The notes under the pieces are model-generated. The model did not search any database, was not told the origin of the DNA, and worked only from the letters and a program-made list of their open reading frames with translations. The position numbers and the translations under genes are program-made. From positions 3,920-67,919 of the forward strand of contig PANU01000022.1 in the NCBI GenBank assembly GCA_002707745.1: a DNA stretch of 64,000 nt, written 5' to 3'. Below are positions 28,989-39,387 of the stretch, piece after piece (positions within the stretch are counted from its first letter, which is position 1; each line of letters begins with the position of its first letter). The DNA is from Flavobacteriaceae bacterium. GTDB taxonomy: Bacteria; Bacteroidota; Bacteroidia; Flavobacteriales; Flavobacteriaceae.

Positions 28989-30416
28989 ATGAATTTTATT
29001 TCAGCACTAAGAATTTTTGCTATTAGCATGCTCTTTTCAGGATGTGGCACGTATTTCAACCAACCCATAAAGCAGCAAACTGCGCGTATAGGTGAAACAT
29101 CATCAGTTTATAAAGACCTTAAAAACTTACCGCTACCCGACCAACCTGTTATTGTTGGTGTGTACAATTTTAAGGATCTAACGGGGCAGTATAAAAATAC
29201 AGAAAATGGTAGTACGTTTAGTACCGCAATTCCGCAAGGAGCCACTACTATGCTACTAAAAGCACTGGACGATAGTAAGTGGTTTACCACCATTGAAAGA
29301 GAAAATATTGGTAATTTAATTAATGAAAGAAATATAATTGTTGACACCCGAAGTGAGTATGAAAAGAACAATTCAAACGCCCCTAATATCTCCCCCTTGC
29401 TTTTTGCAGGTATTTTGTTAGAAGGTGGTGTAGTTTCTTATGATACTAATATTGTTACCGGAGGTCTTGGTGCGAGGTACTTTGGTATTGGCGGGTCTAC
29501 CCAATATAGGCAAGACAGGATTACCGTATATCTTCGGGCTGTTTCTACAAAATCAGGAAAGATTTTAAAAAATGTATATGTATCCAAAACAATACTTTCA
29601 CAAGCATTGGACGCAAGCTTGTTTCGATATATTAATTTTCAAAGACTCTTAGAGGTAGAAACCGGAATAACCAAGAATGAGCCAACCCAAATGGCACTTA
29701 AAGAAGCCATAGAAAAAGCTGTTATAACGTTAATACTGGAAGGCATTGAAGCAAAACTTTGGTCAACTAAAGAAGGTGATACTTTAAATGAACAACTGGT
29801 AGCCAAGTACAAGGAGGAAAAAGAAGAAGAAGAGTCCACGTTACTTTACGATAGAAAACAAACACCCAAAAAGTATAAAAACGCTTTTGCTTTAGTTGGG
29901 GGTGTGCCTACTCTTACAGCAGATTTTTCTGAAAAAAGCATGGGTCTTAATGCAGGTTTTGAATATGCAAGGGTTATAAATAATAATATTGATGTCACAC
30001 TTCGGGGGTCCTATTTACGGTTGGAGACAGGACAAACCTTTTCCAAGGAATTTATAAATACTGCTTTGGGGCTAAACTATAATATTTTGCCTTTTGAAAG
30101 CGTATCACCACATATATTTGTTGGCGGAGGCTTGCTTCTGGATTTAGATAAGAGATTTAATCAAACTCCCCGGTTAGAACCTGTTCCGAAAGTTTATAGT
30201 GGAGCAGGAATAAACCTAAAGCTTTCTGATCGGTTTACTGCAGATTTGTTCGCAGAGTATAACTTTACCTTTACAGATAAATTGGATCTTTTAGAAAATG
30301 GGAAACGCAATGATTTTTACTACAATTTTGGAATTGGTGTCAAGTATCTTTTTGGTGATAAAACAAAAATAAAGGAAGAAACCGAGGTCCAAACACCCGA
30401 AATAAATGATAAATAA
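28989..30416 (+). CDS. csgG: Curli secretion lipoprotein CsgG with extra C-terminal beta-barrel-like domain
   Basis: Lipobox FSGC, VYNFKDLTGQYK, FSTAIPQGA, WFTTIERE, GARYFGIG, YRQD; C-terminal part with alternating beta strands ending GVKYLF. Confidence 0.92.
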   Translation: MNFISALRIFAISMLFSGCGTYFNQPIKQQTARIGETSSVYKDLKNLPLPDQPVIVGVYNFKDLTGQYKNTENGSTFSTAIPQGATTMLLKALDDSKWFTTIERENIGNLINERNIIVDTRSEYEKNNSNAPNISPLLFAGILLEGGVVSYDTNIVTGGLGARYFGIGGSTQYRQDRITVYLRAVSTKSGKILKNVYVSKTILSQALDASLFRYINFQRLLEVETGITKNEPTQMALKEAIEKAVITLILEGIEAKLWSTKEGDTLNEQLVAKYKEEKEEEESTLLYDRKQTPKKYKNAFALVGGVPTLTADFSEKSMGLNAGFEYARVINNNIDVTLRGSYLRLETGQTFSKEFINTALGLNYNILPFESVSPHIFVGGGLLLDLDKRFNQTPRLEPVPKVYSGAGINLKLSDRFTADLFAEYNFTFTDKLDLLENGKRNDFYYNFGIGVKYLFGDKTKIKEETEVQTPEINDK

Positions 30417-31927
30417 TGAAAAGCAAACTCTTTTTAATCCTTCTTCTTTTGACAATGTCATACGCTTGTAAGGAGGATACTATAGATGAAAATGGCACGG
30501 GTACGCTTACTGGAACAGTAGTTTCAGAAGGGGATAATATGCCCATTGAAAATGTCCGGATCTCTACTACGCCTGCATCAAATACCGTTTTTACAAATGC
30601 AGCAGGGAAATTTGTGATACAAAACATACAGGTGGGAGAATACTCTGTACAGGCAGATATGGATGATTTTTTACCCGCCTTTGAAGCTGCAAATATTAAT
30701 TTTGCAGGAGAAGAGGTTAATGTGGTTTTTGAGCTTATGGAATCTACAGCGGGTAACCGCCCCCCTTCTTCCCCGGAACTTATTTATCCCCCAGATAATG
30801 CTACTGACATACCTTTAATAGTAGATTTTAGTTGGAGTGCAACAGACCCGGATAATGATGACATTTCCTATACCCTGGAGGTTTTAAATGGTAGCGATTC
30901 AGAAGTACTGTTGTTTGAAGAAATTCAAGATACTACATTTACTGTACAAAATTTGCGAATAGGTGTTAATTATTTCTGGCAGGTAGAAGCGTCAGATGGT
31001 ATAAACCCTCCTGTTCAAAGTGAAGTGAGTAGTTTCAGAACCATGGACGAAAACACCAATAGGTTTTTATATGTGCGGGAAGTAAATGGGAACAACGTCA
31101 TTTTTTCAGGAGCTGATACCGATGACGATGACGATGGACCCAATGAAAATGAAATTCAATTAACCTCAGAAAATAAAAATAGCTTCAAGCCACGAAAAAA
31201 TAACACCGCTGGATTAGTAGCGTTCTTAAGGACCGAAGGGCCGGAGACACATTTGTTTTCCATGAAACCCGACGGTAGTGAAATAAGACAGATCACGTCT
31301 ACAGTTCCTGTTGCAGGGTTTCGTCAGGATGAGATCGAGTATACCTGGTTCAATAGCGGTTCCAAACTTTACTATCCTAATTTTAATAAACTATATGCCA
31401 TTAATAGTAATGGTACGGGAAACCAGCTTGTTTATGAAACACCCCCCAACGAGTTTATTACTGAAATTGCAGTTAACGAAATTGATAATAGGGTGGTTTT
31501 AAAAACTAATAATGCCCTAGGATATGAAGTAAAGATCATGGTAATTGACCCCGAAACAGATACAATTCTTACAACAGTAATAGAAAATGAACTTGGCGCT
31601 TTCGGAGGAATAGATTATGCTGCCAATGGAAATAGAGTATTGTTTACGCAAGATGTCTCAGGCTTCCAAAACGGAAACTATAGGATATTGGACGCACGAA
31701 TTTTTGAACACGATCTAACAACGGGTGTTTCTATAGAGATTGATACCGATAAACAAGCGGGGACTAATGATTTGGATGCTAAATACAGCCCATCAGAAGG
31801 AGGAGTTATCTTTGTTAATACTCCCAATGATGGGGTGTCCCAACAAGATATATTTGTTGCACGATTTGGCGCGATTGTGGTAAAAGAACTCGTGTTTACA
31901 CAAGCGTTTATGCCAGACTGGGAATAG
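30416..31927 (+). CDS. Lipoprotein: carboxypeptidase-regulatory-like + FN3-like + TolB-like propeller
   Basis: YAC lipobox, GTLTGTV..TNAAGKF, PELIYP..WSATDPD..YFWQVEASDG, MKPDGS, terminal PDW; start overlaps the csgG stop. Confidence 0.8.
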   Translation: MKSKLFLILLLLTMSYACKEDTIDENGTGTLTGTVVSEGDNMPIENVRISTTPASNTVFTNAAGKFVIQNIQVGEYSVQADMDDFLPAFEAANINFAGEEVNVVFELMESTAGNRPPSSPELIYPPDNATDIPLIVDFSWSATDPDNDDISYTLEVLNGSDSEVLLFEEIQDTTFTVQNLRIGVNYFWQVEASDGINPPVQSEVSSFRTMDENTNRFLYVREVNGNNVIFSGADTDDDDDGPNENEIQLTSENKNSFKPRKNNTAGLVAFLRTEGPETHLFSMKPDGSEIRQITSTVPVAGFRQDEIEYTWFNSGSKLYYPNFNKLYAINSNGTGNQLVYETPPNEFITEIAVNEIDNRVVLKTNNALGYEVKIMVIDPETDTILTTVIENELGAFGGIDYAANGNRVLFTQDVSGFQNGNYRILDARIFEHDLTTGVSIEIDTDKQAGTNDLDAKYSPSEGGVIFVNTPNDGVSQQDIFVARFGAIVVKELVFTQAFMPDWE

Positions 31928-31951
31928 GTGCCTTATAAAATAATACTTAAA

Positions 31952-31981
31952 AAAAACGTCCCTTATTTTCGGGACGTTTTT
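31952..31981 (+). terminator. Terminator ending the csg operon
   Basis: AAAAACGTCCC-loop-GGGACGTTTTT. Confidence 0.75.
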
Positions 31982-32015
31982 GCATTCTGTACTTTTGTGG
32001 TTTTAAGAGAAGTAT

Positions 32016-33197
32016 ATGAGCGAAGAAGTTTCAAAAAGGTATGCCCAAAGAGGCGTTTCGGCTGGTAAGGAAGATGTACATAATGCCATTAAAAATGTGG
32101 ATAAAGGACTTTTTCCTAAGGCCTTTTGTAAAATAGTTCCGGATTATCTCACAGGAGATGAGGATTACTGTTTAATAATGCACGCAGACGGCGCGGGTAC
32201 TAAATCTTCTTTGGCATATATGTACTGGAAAGAAACCGGTGATATAAGTGTTTGGAAAGGTATTGCGCAAGATGCTCTTATTATGAATGTGGACGACTTG
32301 CTTTGTGTGGGAGCTGTAGATAATATTACCCTTTCTTCAACTATTGGCCGTAATAAAAACCTGATTCCCGGAGCCGTAATTTCAGCTATTATTAATGGTA
32401 CTGAGGAGTTACTTAAGGATTTAGCCAGTTTTGGGGTGAAAATCCACTCCACAGGAGGGGAAACTGCCGATGTAGGAGATTTGGTGCGTACCATAATTGT
32501 AGACAGCACCGTAACAGCCAGAATGAAACGCAACCAGGTAATTAATAATGCAAACATACGCCCTGGCGATGTTATCGTTGGGCTGTCTTCTTCCGGACAG
32601 GCAACTTATGAAACTGAGTATAACGGCGGTATGGGGAGTAATGGTTTAACCAGCGCACGTCACGATGTGTTTCATAAATATTTAGCCAAAAAATATCCTG
32701 AAAGCTTTGACGAAGCTGTTCCTGAAGACCTGGTGTATAGCGGGAGTAAAAAATTAACCGATAGCGTTGCAGATACTCCAATAGATGCAGGTAAGCTAGT
32801 ACTTTCACCAACCAGGACCTATGCGCCCATCATTAAAAAAATAGTATCCAAATACACGCCTGACCAAATCCACGGAATGGTCCATTGTAGTGGTGGCGCC
32901 CAGACTAAAATTCTTCATTTTATTGAAAATCTACATATCATTAAAGACAATTTGTTTGAAACACCTCCATTGTTTAAGCTCATCCAGGAAGAAAGCGGTA
33001 CGGACTGGAAAGAAATGTATCAGGTGTTTAATATGGGGCACAGAATGGAATTATATGTCCCTGAAGAAATAGCAAAGGATATTATTGAAATCTCAAAATC
33101 GTATAATGTAGATGCTCAGGTAGTAGGAAGAGTAGCTGCTTCAGATACTAAGAAGTTAACGATTGAATCCACCTACGGAACATTTACCTATTTGTAA
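32016..33197 (+). CDS. purM: AIR synthase (Bacteroidota type)
   Basis: HADGAGTKS, GGETADVGD, SNGLTSARH, HCSGG, VFNMG. Confidence 0.92.
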   Translation: MSEEVSKRYAQRGVSAGKEDVHNAIKNVDKGLFPKAFCKIVPDYLTGDEDYCLIMHADGAGTKSSLAYMYWKETGDISVWKGIAQDALIMNVDDLLCVGAVDNITLSSTIGRNKNLIPGAVISAIINGTEELLKDLASFGVKIHSTGGETADVGDLVRTIIVDSTVTARMKRNQVINNANIRPGDVIVGLSSSGQATYETEYNGGMGSNGLTSARHDVFHKYLAKKYPESFDEAVPEDLVYSGSKKLTDSVADTPIDAGKLVLSPTRTYAPIIKKIVSKYTPDQIHGMVHCSGGAQTKILHFIENLHIIKDNLFETPPLFKLIQEESGTDWKEMYQVFNMGHRMELYVPEEIAKDIIEISKSYNVDAQVVGRVAASDTKKLTIESTYGTFTYL

Positions 33198-33463
33198 GTT
33201 AAAAAGTAGGGAGCCTCTGTCTGCCTTCGGTTTTGCCGAATTTGAAGTTAATTTTTTGTTTGTATTTCTGGGTAAAGAGAATAGAAGCTGTTAGTGTCTG
33301 TTAAAATAGTATTTATCTGGTATTTGTCCTGTTTTATAATTTCAGTAGATACCCTTATAAAAATAACCTGGATTCTTTTTACCATCGGCTAGATGGAAAC
33401 CTTGCTTAAATTATTGTAAATTTGAGCCCGTATTGATGTAAATTTCAATATGAAAATATACCT

Positions 33464-34540
33464 ATGTTAGAAAAGCTTCAAATAGTAAAAAATAGATTTG
33501 ATGAGGTAAGTGATCTTATCATCCAACCTGAAATTATTAGCGATCAAAAGCAATACATTCAATTAAATAAAGAATACAAAGACCTGCGTGCACTTATGGA
33601 CAAGCGGGAAGCTTACCTTACTGCTACAGAGCGTGTCTCTGAAGCAGAAGAAATACTAGCCGATGGTAGTGATGCCGAAATGGTTGAAATGGCCAAAATG
33701 CAATTAGATGAGGCTAAGACCAATATACAAACGCTGGAAGAAGAGATTAAGTTTATGCTCATTCCAAAAGATCCGGAAGATACTAAGAATGCTGTGGTAG
33801 AAGTGCGAGCGGGAACAGGTGGCGATGAAGCAAGTATTTTTGCCGGAGATTTGCACCGTATGTACACCAAATATTGTGAGAGCAAAGGGTGGAAAGTAAA
33901 TGTGGTAGATTTTAGCGAAGGTACCAGTGGGGGTTATAAAGAAATTCAGTTTGAAGTGGAAGGAGATGACGTATACGGAACTCTTAAATTTGAAGCCGGG
34001 GTACATCGGGTACAACGGGTGCCGCAAACCGAAACACAGGGAAGGGTTCACACTAGCGCAGCAACCGTAATGGTGTTTCCTGAAGCAGAAGAATTTGACG
34101 TGGAAATAGATCCAAAGGAAGTGCGGGTAGATTATTTTTGTTCTTCGGGGCCTGGAGGACAATCGGTGAATACTACCTATTCTGCAGTGCGGTTAACACA
34201 CGAACCCACAGGATTGGTAGCGCAATGCCAGGATCAAAAATCGCAGCATAAAAACAAAGAGAAAGCATTTAAAGTACTGCGCTCTCGATTGTACGATCTT
34301 GAATTGGCTAAAAAACAAGCCGAAGATGCCGAAAAACGTGGCTCTATGGTTACCAGTGGCGACAGGAGTGCAAAAATTAGAACCTACAACTATCCCCAGG
34401 GTCGGGTTACAGATCATCGAATAAACCTTACTTTATACGATTTGAGTAATATTATTGATGGTGATATTCAAAAAATTATAGATGAACTACAGTTGGTGAG
34501 CAATACCGAAAAATTAAAAGAAGCTGGCGAAACATTCTAA
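33464..34540 (+). CDS. prfA: Peptide chain release factor 1
   Basis: [15 protein letters not shown] (PxT motif), GPGGQ. Confidence 0.98.
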   Translation: MLEKLQIVKNRFDEVSDLIIQPEIISDQKQYIQLNKEYKDLRALMDKREAYLTATERVSEAEEILADGSDAEMVEMAKMQLDEAKTNIQTLEEEIKFMLIPKDPEDTKNAVVEVRAGTGGDEASIFAGDLHRMYTKYCESKGWKVNVVDFSEGTSGGYKEIQFEVEGDDVYGTLKFEAGVHRVQRVPQTETQGRVHTSAATVMVFPEAEEFDVEIDPKEVRVDYFCSSGPGGQSVNTTYSAVRLTHEPTGLVAQCQDQKSQHKNKEKAFKVLRSRLYDLELAKKQAEDAEKRGSMVTSGDRSAKIRTYNYPQGRVTDHRINLTLYDLSNIIDGDIQKIIDELQLVSNTEKLKEAGETF

Positions 34541-34550
34541 GAGATAAACC

Positions 34551-35369
34551 ATGACTACCGAAGAACTTGTTGCTCAAATTCATAAAAAAAAATCGTTTCT
34601 CTGTATTGGGCTGGATGTTGATCTTGATAAAATCCCAAAACATTTGTTGGCTGAAGAAGATCCAATTTTCGCATTTAATAAAGCAATAATAGACGCTACC
34701 CACCATCTTGCTGTTGCCTATAAACCCAACACCGCATTTTATGAAGCATATGGTCTTAAAGGCTGGAAATCTTTAGAAAAAACCATACAATACCTTACTG
34801 AAAACTACCCTGAGATTTTTACCATTGCCGATGCTAAAAGAGGCGATATAGGAAATACTTCCACCATGTATGCGAAAGCTTTTTTTGACGATTTAGGGTT
34901 CCATTCAGTTACAGCGGCACCTTATATGGGAAAAGACAGTATTGAGCCTTTTTTAAATTTTGAAAATAAACACACCATTTTACTGGCACTTACTTCCAAT
35001 CAAGGTGCTTTCGACTTTCAAACCAAAACAGTTGACGGGAAAGAGTTGTATAAAACAGTCATTGAAACTTCTAAAAGCTGGAGAAATGCTCATAATTTAA
35101 TGTATGTAGTTGGTGCTACTAAAGCCAGCTATCTGGCTGAAATAAGAGAACTAGTGCCCACCAGTTTTTTACTGGTTCCCGGTGTTGGTGCACAGGGTGG
35201 CAACCTCTCTGAAGTCTGCAAGTATGGCCTTTCTTCAAACATAGGCTTGCTAATTAATTCTTCCAGGGGTATTATTTATGCAGCAAATGATGAGAATTTT
35301 GCTCATGGTGCAAAAAATGCAGCAAAGGAGTTACAGTCTCAAATGGAATCTATTTTAAATGCACTTTAA
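34551..35369 (+). CDS. pyrF: Orotidine-5'-phosphate decarboxylase
   Basis: [32 protein letters not shown]. Confidence 0.97.
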   Translation: MTTEELVAQIHKKKSFLCIGLDVDLDKIPKHLLAEEDPIFAFNKAIIDATHHLAVAYKPNTAFYEAYGLKGWKSLEKTIQYLTENYPEIFTIADAKRGDIGNTSTMYAKAFFDDLGFHSVTAAPYMGKDSIEPFLNFENKHTILLALTSNQGAFDFQTKTVDGKELYKTVIETSKSWRNAHNLMYVVGATKASYLAEIRELVPTSFLLVPGVGAQGGNLSEVCKYGLSSNIGLLINSSRGIIYAANDENFAHGAKNAAKELQSQMESILNAL

Positions 35370-36132
35370 AGACCAGTTGCACCGAAAAATTGAATTAACC
35401 GGTACCCCAAACAGGATTATTTCTCTGGTGCCTTCACAAACCGAACTTCTTTTCGATTTAGGGCTTCGAGACAAGATAGTAGGAATCACCAAATTTTGTG
35501 TACATCCAAAAGAATTGCGAAAAAACAAAAGTATAGTAGGTGGAACAAAACAAGTGGACTTTAAAAAAATTTCAGCTTTAGCGCCAGATATTATTATTTG
35601 CAATAAAGAGGAAAATACAAAAGAAATGGTGGCCAGGTTAGAAACTATCGCGCCAGTTTGGGTGAGTGATATTTATACTATTGAAGATACTCTTGAAATG
35701 ATCTGTCAATTTGGTACATTATTTTCAGTAGAAGAAAAAGCCGGAGAGATAGCAGAAGCGATAATAACTGAACTACAGGCTTTCAAAAATTTTATGGGGT
35801 CAAAGCCCACTCAAAAAGTAGCGTATGTTATCTGGAAAAACCCGTATATGGTCGCTGGGCAAAACACTTTTATTAATCATTTACTTCACTTGAATAAGTT
35901 TGAAAATATTTTTAACCATAAAGATTCCAGATATCCACAAATAAGGATGGAGGAATTGGATACAGCGGATACAGTTTTGTTATCTACAGAACCATTTCCG
36001 TTTAAAAATGATGATGTTGACCAATTAAAAAATGCACTTAGTAAAAAAGTGCATTTGGTAGATGGAGAATATTTTAGCTGGTATGGTTCTAGATTGCTTG
36101 AAGCTTTTAGTTATTTTAAAACACTTCATTAA
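35359..36132 (+). CDS. Helical-backbone metal receptor / BtuF-like binding protein
   Basis: [31 protein letters not shown]. Confidence 0.85.
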   Translation: MHFKDQLHRKIELTGTPNRIISLVPSQTELLFDLGLRDKIVGITKFCVHPKELRKNKSIVGGTKQVDFKKISALAPDIIICNKEENTKEMVARLETIAPVWVSDIYTIEDTLEMICQFGTLFSVEEKAGEIAEAIITELQAFKNFMGSKPTQKVAYVIWKNPYMVAGQNTFINHLLHLNKFENIFNHKDSRYPQIRMEELDTADTVLLSTEPFPFKNDDVDQLKNALSKKVHLVDGEYFSWYGSRLLEAFSYFKTLH

Positions 36133-36135
36133 TGC

Positions 36136-36318
36136 CTATTTATCGGCTCTTTGAAGAGTAAGGTATTTTATTTCGTCAAAAACTTTATAAGCTTGTTTTT
36201 GCACCTTTTCACTTTCTTTTCGATCTTTTAAGGCAACCCTAAAAGATTTTCTCATAAGCTCGGCATATTTTTGCTCTAGCTTTTCAATTCTTGATTTTCT
36301 TTTTAGCCAGCTTGACAT
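36136..36318 (-). CDS. Small protein, Lacal_2735-like family
   Basis: KSRIEKLEQKYAELM..DRKES pattern; ATG at 36318 preferred. Confidence 0.65.
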   Translation of the reverse strand: MSSWLKRKSRIEKLEQKYAELMRKSFRVALKDRKESEKVQKQAYKVFDEIKYLTLQRADK

Positions 36319-36419
36319 GTTTCTTTTTAATTGTTTATACAAAAGTAACTATCTGGAAACCTAATCTTTATTAAGGTAACGTTAATCAAATCCTAATTAA
36401 AAATGCTTTAACAAATTTG

Positions 36420-37124
36420 CTAATTATCCTGTAATGCAAAAACCTGACGTAAAAGCGTAGTGGTTCTGGACGCAACACTAGTGCGTATTTTCTTCTCTTC
36501 AATAGCAATCATGGTGTATACGCCATCTAATGCCTGGTTGGTAACATAATCTGTTAAGTCTGGATTTACTTTATTTACGAAAGGAACAGCATTGTATTTG
36601 GTAATAATATTGTTCCAGATTCTGTCAGCTCCTACTTTTTGAAAAGAATTTTTAATCACGGGGTTGAATTCTGCATATAATGCTGTGTTTGTTTTTCCTT
36701 CAAGATAATTGGTTGCGGCATTATCCTGTCCTAATAAAATATTTTTTGCATCGTAAAAAGTGATGTCTTTTACAGCATTTACAAATATTGGGGTGGCGGT
36801 TTTTACGGCATCTTCGGCAGCGCGATTTAATATTATTAAACCTTCATCTGCCAGACTACTTAAACCAATATCACGTAAGGTTTTGTCTACTTTTTGCAGT
36901 TCTTGTGGCAGGAGTATTTTAACCAAACTATTTTTGTAAAACCCGTCTTTTTTAGTGAGTTTACTTACTTGTTTATCTATTCCTAAGTCCAGTGCTTGTC
37001 TAAGACCACTGGCAATCATGGTGGGGTCCATTCCTCCACCTTGTGGAAGCGTATTAACTACTTGTTGTAATTCGGCACAAGAAAGTAGTAGGAAACAAGA
37101 AAAGAAGAGTACAAGCTTTTTCAT
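36420..37124 (-). CDS. DUF4197 lipoprotein
   Basis: LSC lipobox, GLRQAL, NRAAEDA, EEKKIR. Confidence 0.88.
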   Translation of the reverse strand: MKKLVLFFSCFLLLSCAELQQVVNTLPQGGGMDPTMIASGLRQALDLGIDKQVSKLTKKDGFYKNSLVKILLPQELQKVDKTLRDIGLSSLADEGLIILNRAAEDAVKTATPIFVNAVKDITFYDAKNILLGQDNAATNYLEGKTNTALYAEFNPVIKNSFQKVGADRIWNNIITKYNAVPFVNKVNPDLTDYVTNQALDGVYTMIAIEEKKIRTSVASRTTTLLRQVFALQDN

Positions 37125-37153
37125 AATAGTATTAATTTAACAATCATAAAGAT

Positions 37154-37180
37154 AAAAAAAGCCCTTCATTTGAAGGGCTT
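37154..37180 (-). terminator. Terminator after T9SS paralog 2
   Basis: AAGCCCTTCA-loop-TGAAGGGCTT with T-run on the minus strand. Confidence 0.8.
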
Positions 37181-37205
37181 ACTATACTATAAATTAAGTA
37201 ATAAA

Positions 37206-38141
37206 TTACTTAACAACTTTTACAGTTTTAGAAGAACCATTAATTGTAACGTTTACTAAGTAAGCGCCAGAAGTAAGGTTGCTCATATCAATGCTTGGAG
37301 ATACAATACCAGGAGTAGCAGAAAGTACTACTTTTCCTAATACGTCATACACAGTAATAGCATCAACAGCATTAGTTGACTGAATATTTAGCCTGTCCTG
37401 TACTGGGTTAGGATACACACTAAAGTTAGCAGCAGTGAAATCTTCTGTACTTAGCGTTGTGGAATCACCATTAAAGTGAATCATATCGTCAATGTAGTAT
37501 AATGTATTTGCACTTGGGGCATATAAATCAAGAGCCGCTAATGAAACAAAATCTTGATTAAAAGTAAATTCCTGAGGTGCATCAAATACGTTTGTACCAT
37601 CAATATACATGTTCCAAGTTTCTCCATCTAGATCATATACCAGGTCAACTGCGAACCATGTATCGTGAGGGAATGTAAATGTTTGTCCAGGTGTGCCGTC
37701 TACAGTTCCTTCGCCAGGACTTCCGTTTAGTTCATTAAAATAAACGTTACCTCCATTTAAGTGTTGAACCCAAGTCGTTCCATCCGGGGTAAGGTCCCCT
37801 TGCATATTGAAGTATCCTTCTCTTCCAGCTGGTACAAACATGTTAAATTTTAAAGAATAGGTGCCACTACTTGGATTACCAGTTACTAACATAATTTGGT
37901 CAATTCCAGCTGGAGCAGCTTCTTCATTAATTTCAAGCGATTGTGTTCCAGAAGCAGCTTGCGTGTCTACTATCTGAGCATTTTCATTAGGTCCTGCAGG
38001 TTGTCCCCAAGTTCTCCAGTTTGGATGCTGTGGAGATACATCACCAAGATTAAAAAATTCAAAATCTTCTTCATAATCTATTTGTGCAGTAGCACCAAAT
38101 CCAAATGCTAACATTGCAGCTAAAATGTAAATTTTTTTCAT
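37206..38141 (-). CDS. T9SS type-A secreted protein (paralog 2)
   Basis: Signal peptide, beta-sandwich-like middle, VYPNPV..YDVLGK..GAYLV..KVVK. Confidence 0.9.
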   Translation of the reverse strand: MKKIYILAAMLAFGFGATAQIDYEEDFEFFNLGDVSPQHPNWRTWGQPAGPNENAQIVDTQAASGTQSLEINEEAAPAGIDQIMLVTGNPSSGTYSLKFNMFVPAGREGYFNMQGDLTPDGTTWVQHLNGGNVYFNELNGSPGEGTVDGTPGQTFTFPHDTWFAVDLVYDLDGETWNMYIDGTNVFDAPQEFTFNQDFVSLAALDLYAPSANTLYYIDDMIHFNGDSTTLSTEDFTAANFSVYPNPVQDRLNIQSTNAVDAITVYDVLGKVVLSATPGIVSPSIDMSNLTSGAYLVNVTINGSSKTVKVVK

Positions 38142-38245
38142 AATATTTATTATTAAATAGTTTATAATGGTGTAATAATCATAGTAAATGTATGTTATTA
38201 GTACTTAATTTCAAAATTTTATTTAAAGGATTTTAATTAACACAT

Positions 38246-38274
38246 AAAAAAAAGCCCTTCAAAATGAAGGGCTT
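38246..38274 (-). terminator. Terminator after T9SS paralog 1
   Basis: Same AAGCCCTTCA/TGAAGGGCTT stem as 37154-37180. Confidence 0.8.
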
Positions 38275-38300
38275 CTTATACGTTATATGTAAGTAATTAA

Positions 38301-39233
38301 TTACTTAACAACTTTTACAGTTTTAGAAGTACCGTCTATTGTGATGTTTACTAAGTAAGCACCAGAAGTAAGCGCACTCATATCAATACTTGGAGATGCA
38401 ATACCAGGAGTAGCAGAAAGTACTACTTTTCCTAATACGTCATATACAACTACTGCGTCTACAGCGTTAGCAGACTGAATGTTTAATCTGTCCTGTACTG
38501 GGTTAGGGTATACACTAAAGTTAGAAGCAGTGAAATCTCCTGTAGCTAAAATGCTTTCTCCCATTTTTACATCATCTATGTACATATCGTTGTTAGTAGA
38601 TGCAGAGAAAAAGTTGATTCCGGCAAACTCCATAAATTCCTGAGTTCCAAACTCAAAAGGATATCCAGTAAATTGCTCAGTATCGTTAATGCTCATAGCC
38701 CAAGTTTCAGCGTCTAGATCGTAAACCATATCTACTTTAAACCACTCGTCTTCTGGGTAAGAGAAAGTTTCATCAAAAGCTGAACAGTCAATAACACCGG
38801 TTACTCCACCAGATCCACCAGATGCACCGTCACAGTTAAAGTATACGTTACCACCCATAAGCGCTTGAGTCCAAGCAGTTCCTTCTGGAGTTAATGCAGC
38901 TTGCATATTTAAGTATCCTGATGCTCCACCAGGAATATAAGCCATAAACTGAACTGTATACATCCCTGAAGTAGGATTCGTAGGAGATATTAAAAGCATA
39001 TCCATTACACCAGATCCGTCTATATTAAGAGATTTAGTTCCAGAATTTGCAAATGTTTCATTGATGTCTCCATCTTCAGCACCACCAGGAACACCAGACC
39101 AAGTTCTCCAAGCTGGATCTTGAGCATCTATGTCTCCTACAGCGAAAAATTCGAAATCTGTTTCGTAGTCAATTTGTGCAGTAGCACTAAATGCGAAAGC
39201 TACCATAGCAGCTAAAATGTAAATTTTCTTCAT
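38301..39233 (-). CDS. T9SS type-A secreted protein (paralog 1)
   Basis: Signal peptide and CTD nearly identical to 37206-38141. Confidence 0.9.
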   Translation of the reverse strand: MKKIYILAAMVAFAFSATAQIDYETDFEFFAVGDIDAQDPAWRTWSGVPGGAEDGDINETFANSGTKSLNIDGSGVMDMLLISPTNPTSGMYTVQFMAYIPGGASGYLNMQAALTPEGTAWTQALMGGNVYFNCDGASGGSGGVTGVIDCSAFDETFSYPEDEWFKVDMVYDLDAETWAMSINDTEQFTGYPFEFGTQEFMEFAGINFFSASTNNDMYIDDVKMGESILATGDFTASNFSVYPNPVQDRLNIQSANAVDAVVVYDVLGKVVLSATPGIASPSIDMSALTSGAYLVNITIDGTSKTVKVVK

Positions 39234-39387
39234 AATAATTTATTATTTAGGTTTAAAATGAATTCCAAAAATACAAGCTTTTTTGCAAAGTGCCAAGAAA
39301 TGTTTGTCTTTTTTTAATTAATTATAGTGACGTTGACTTCAATGTGAGCAAGGGTTTTAGTAACTTTGCACCCAACATTTAATTATT

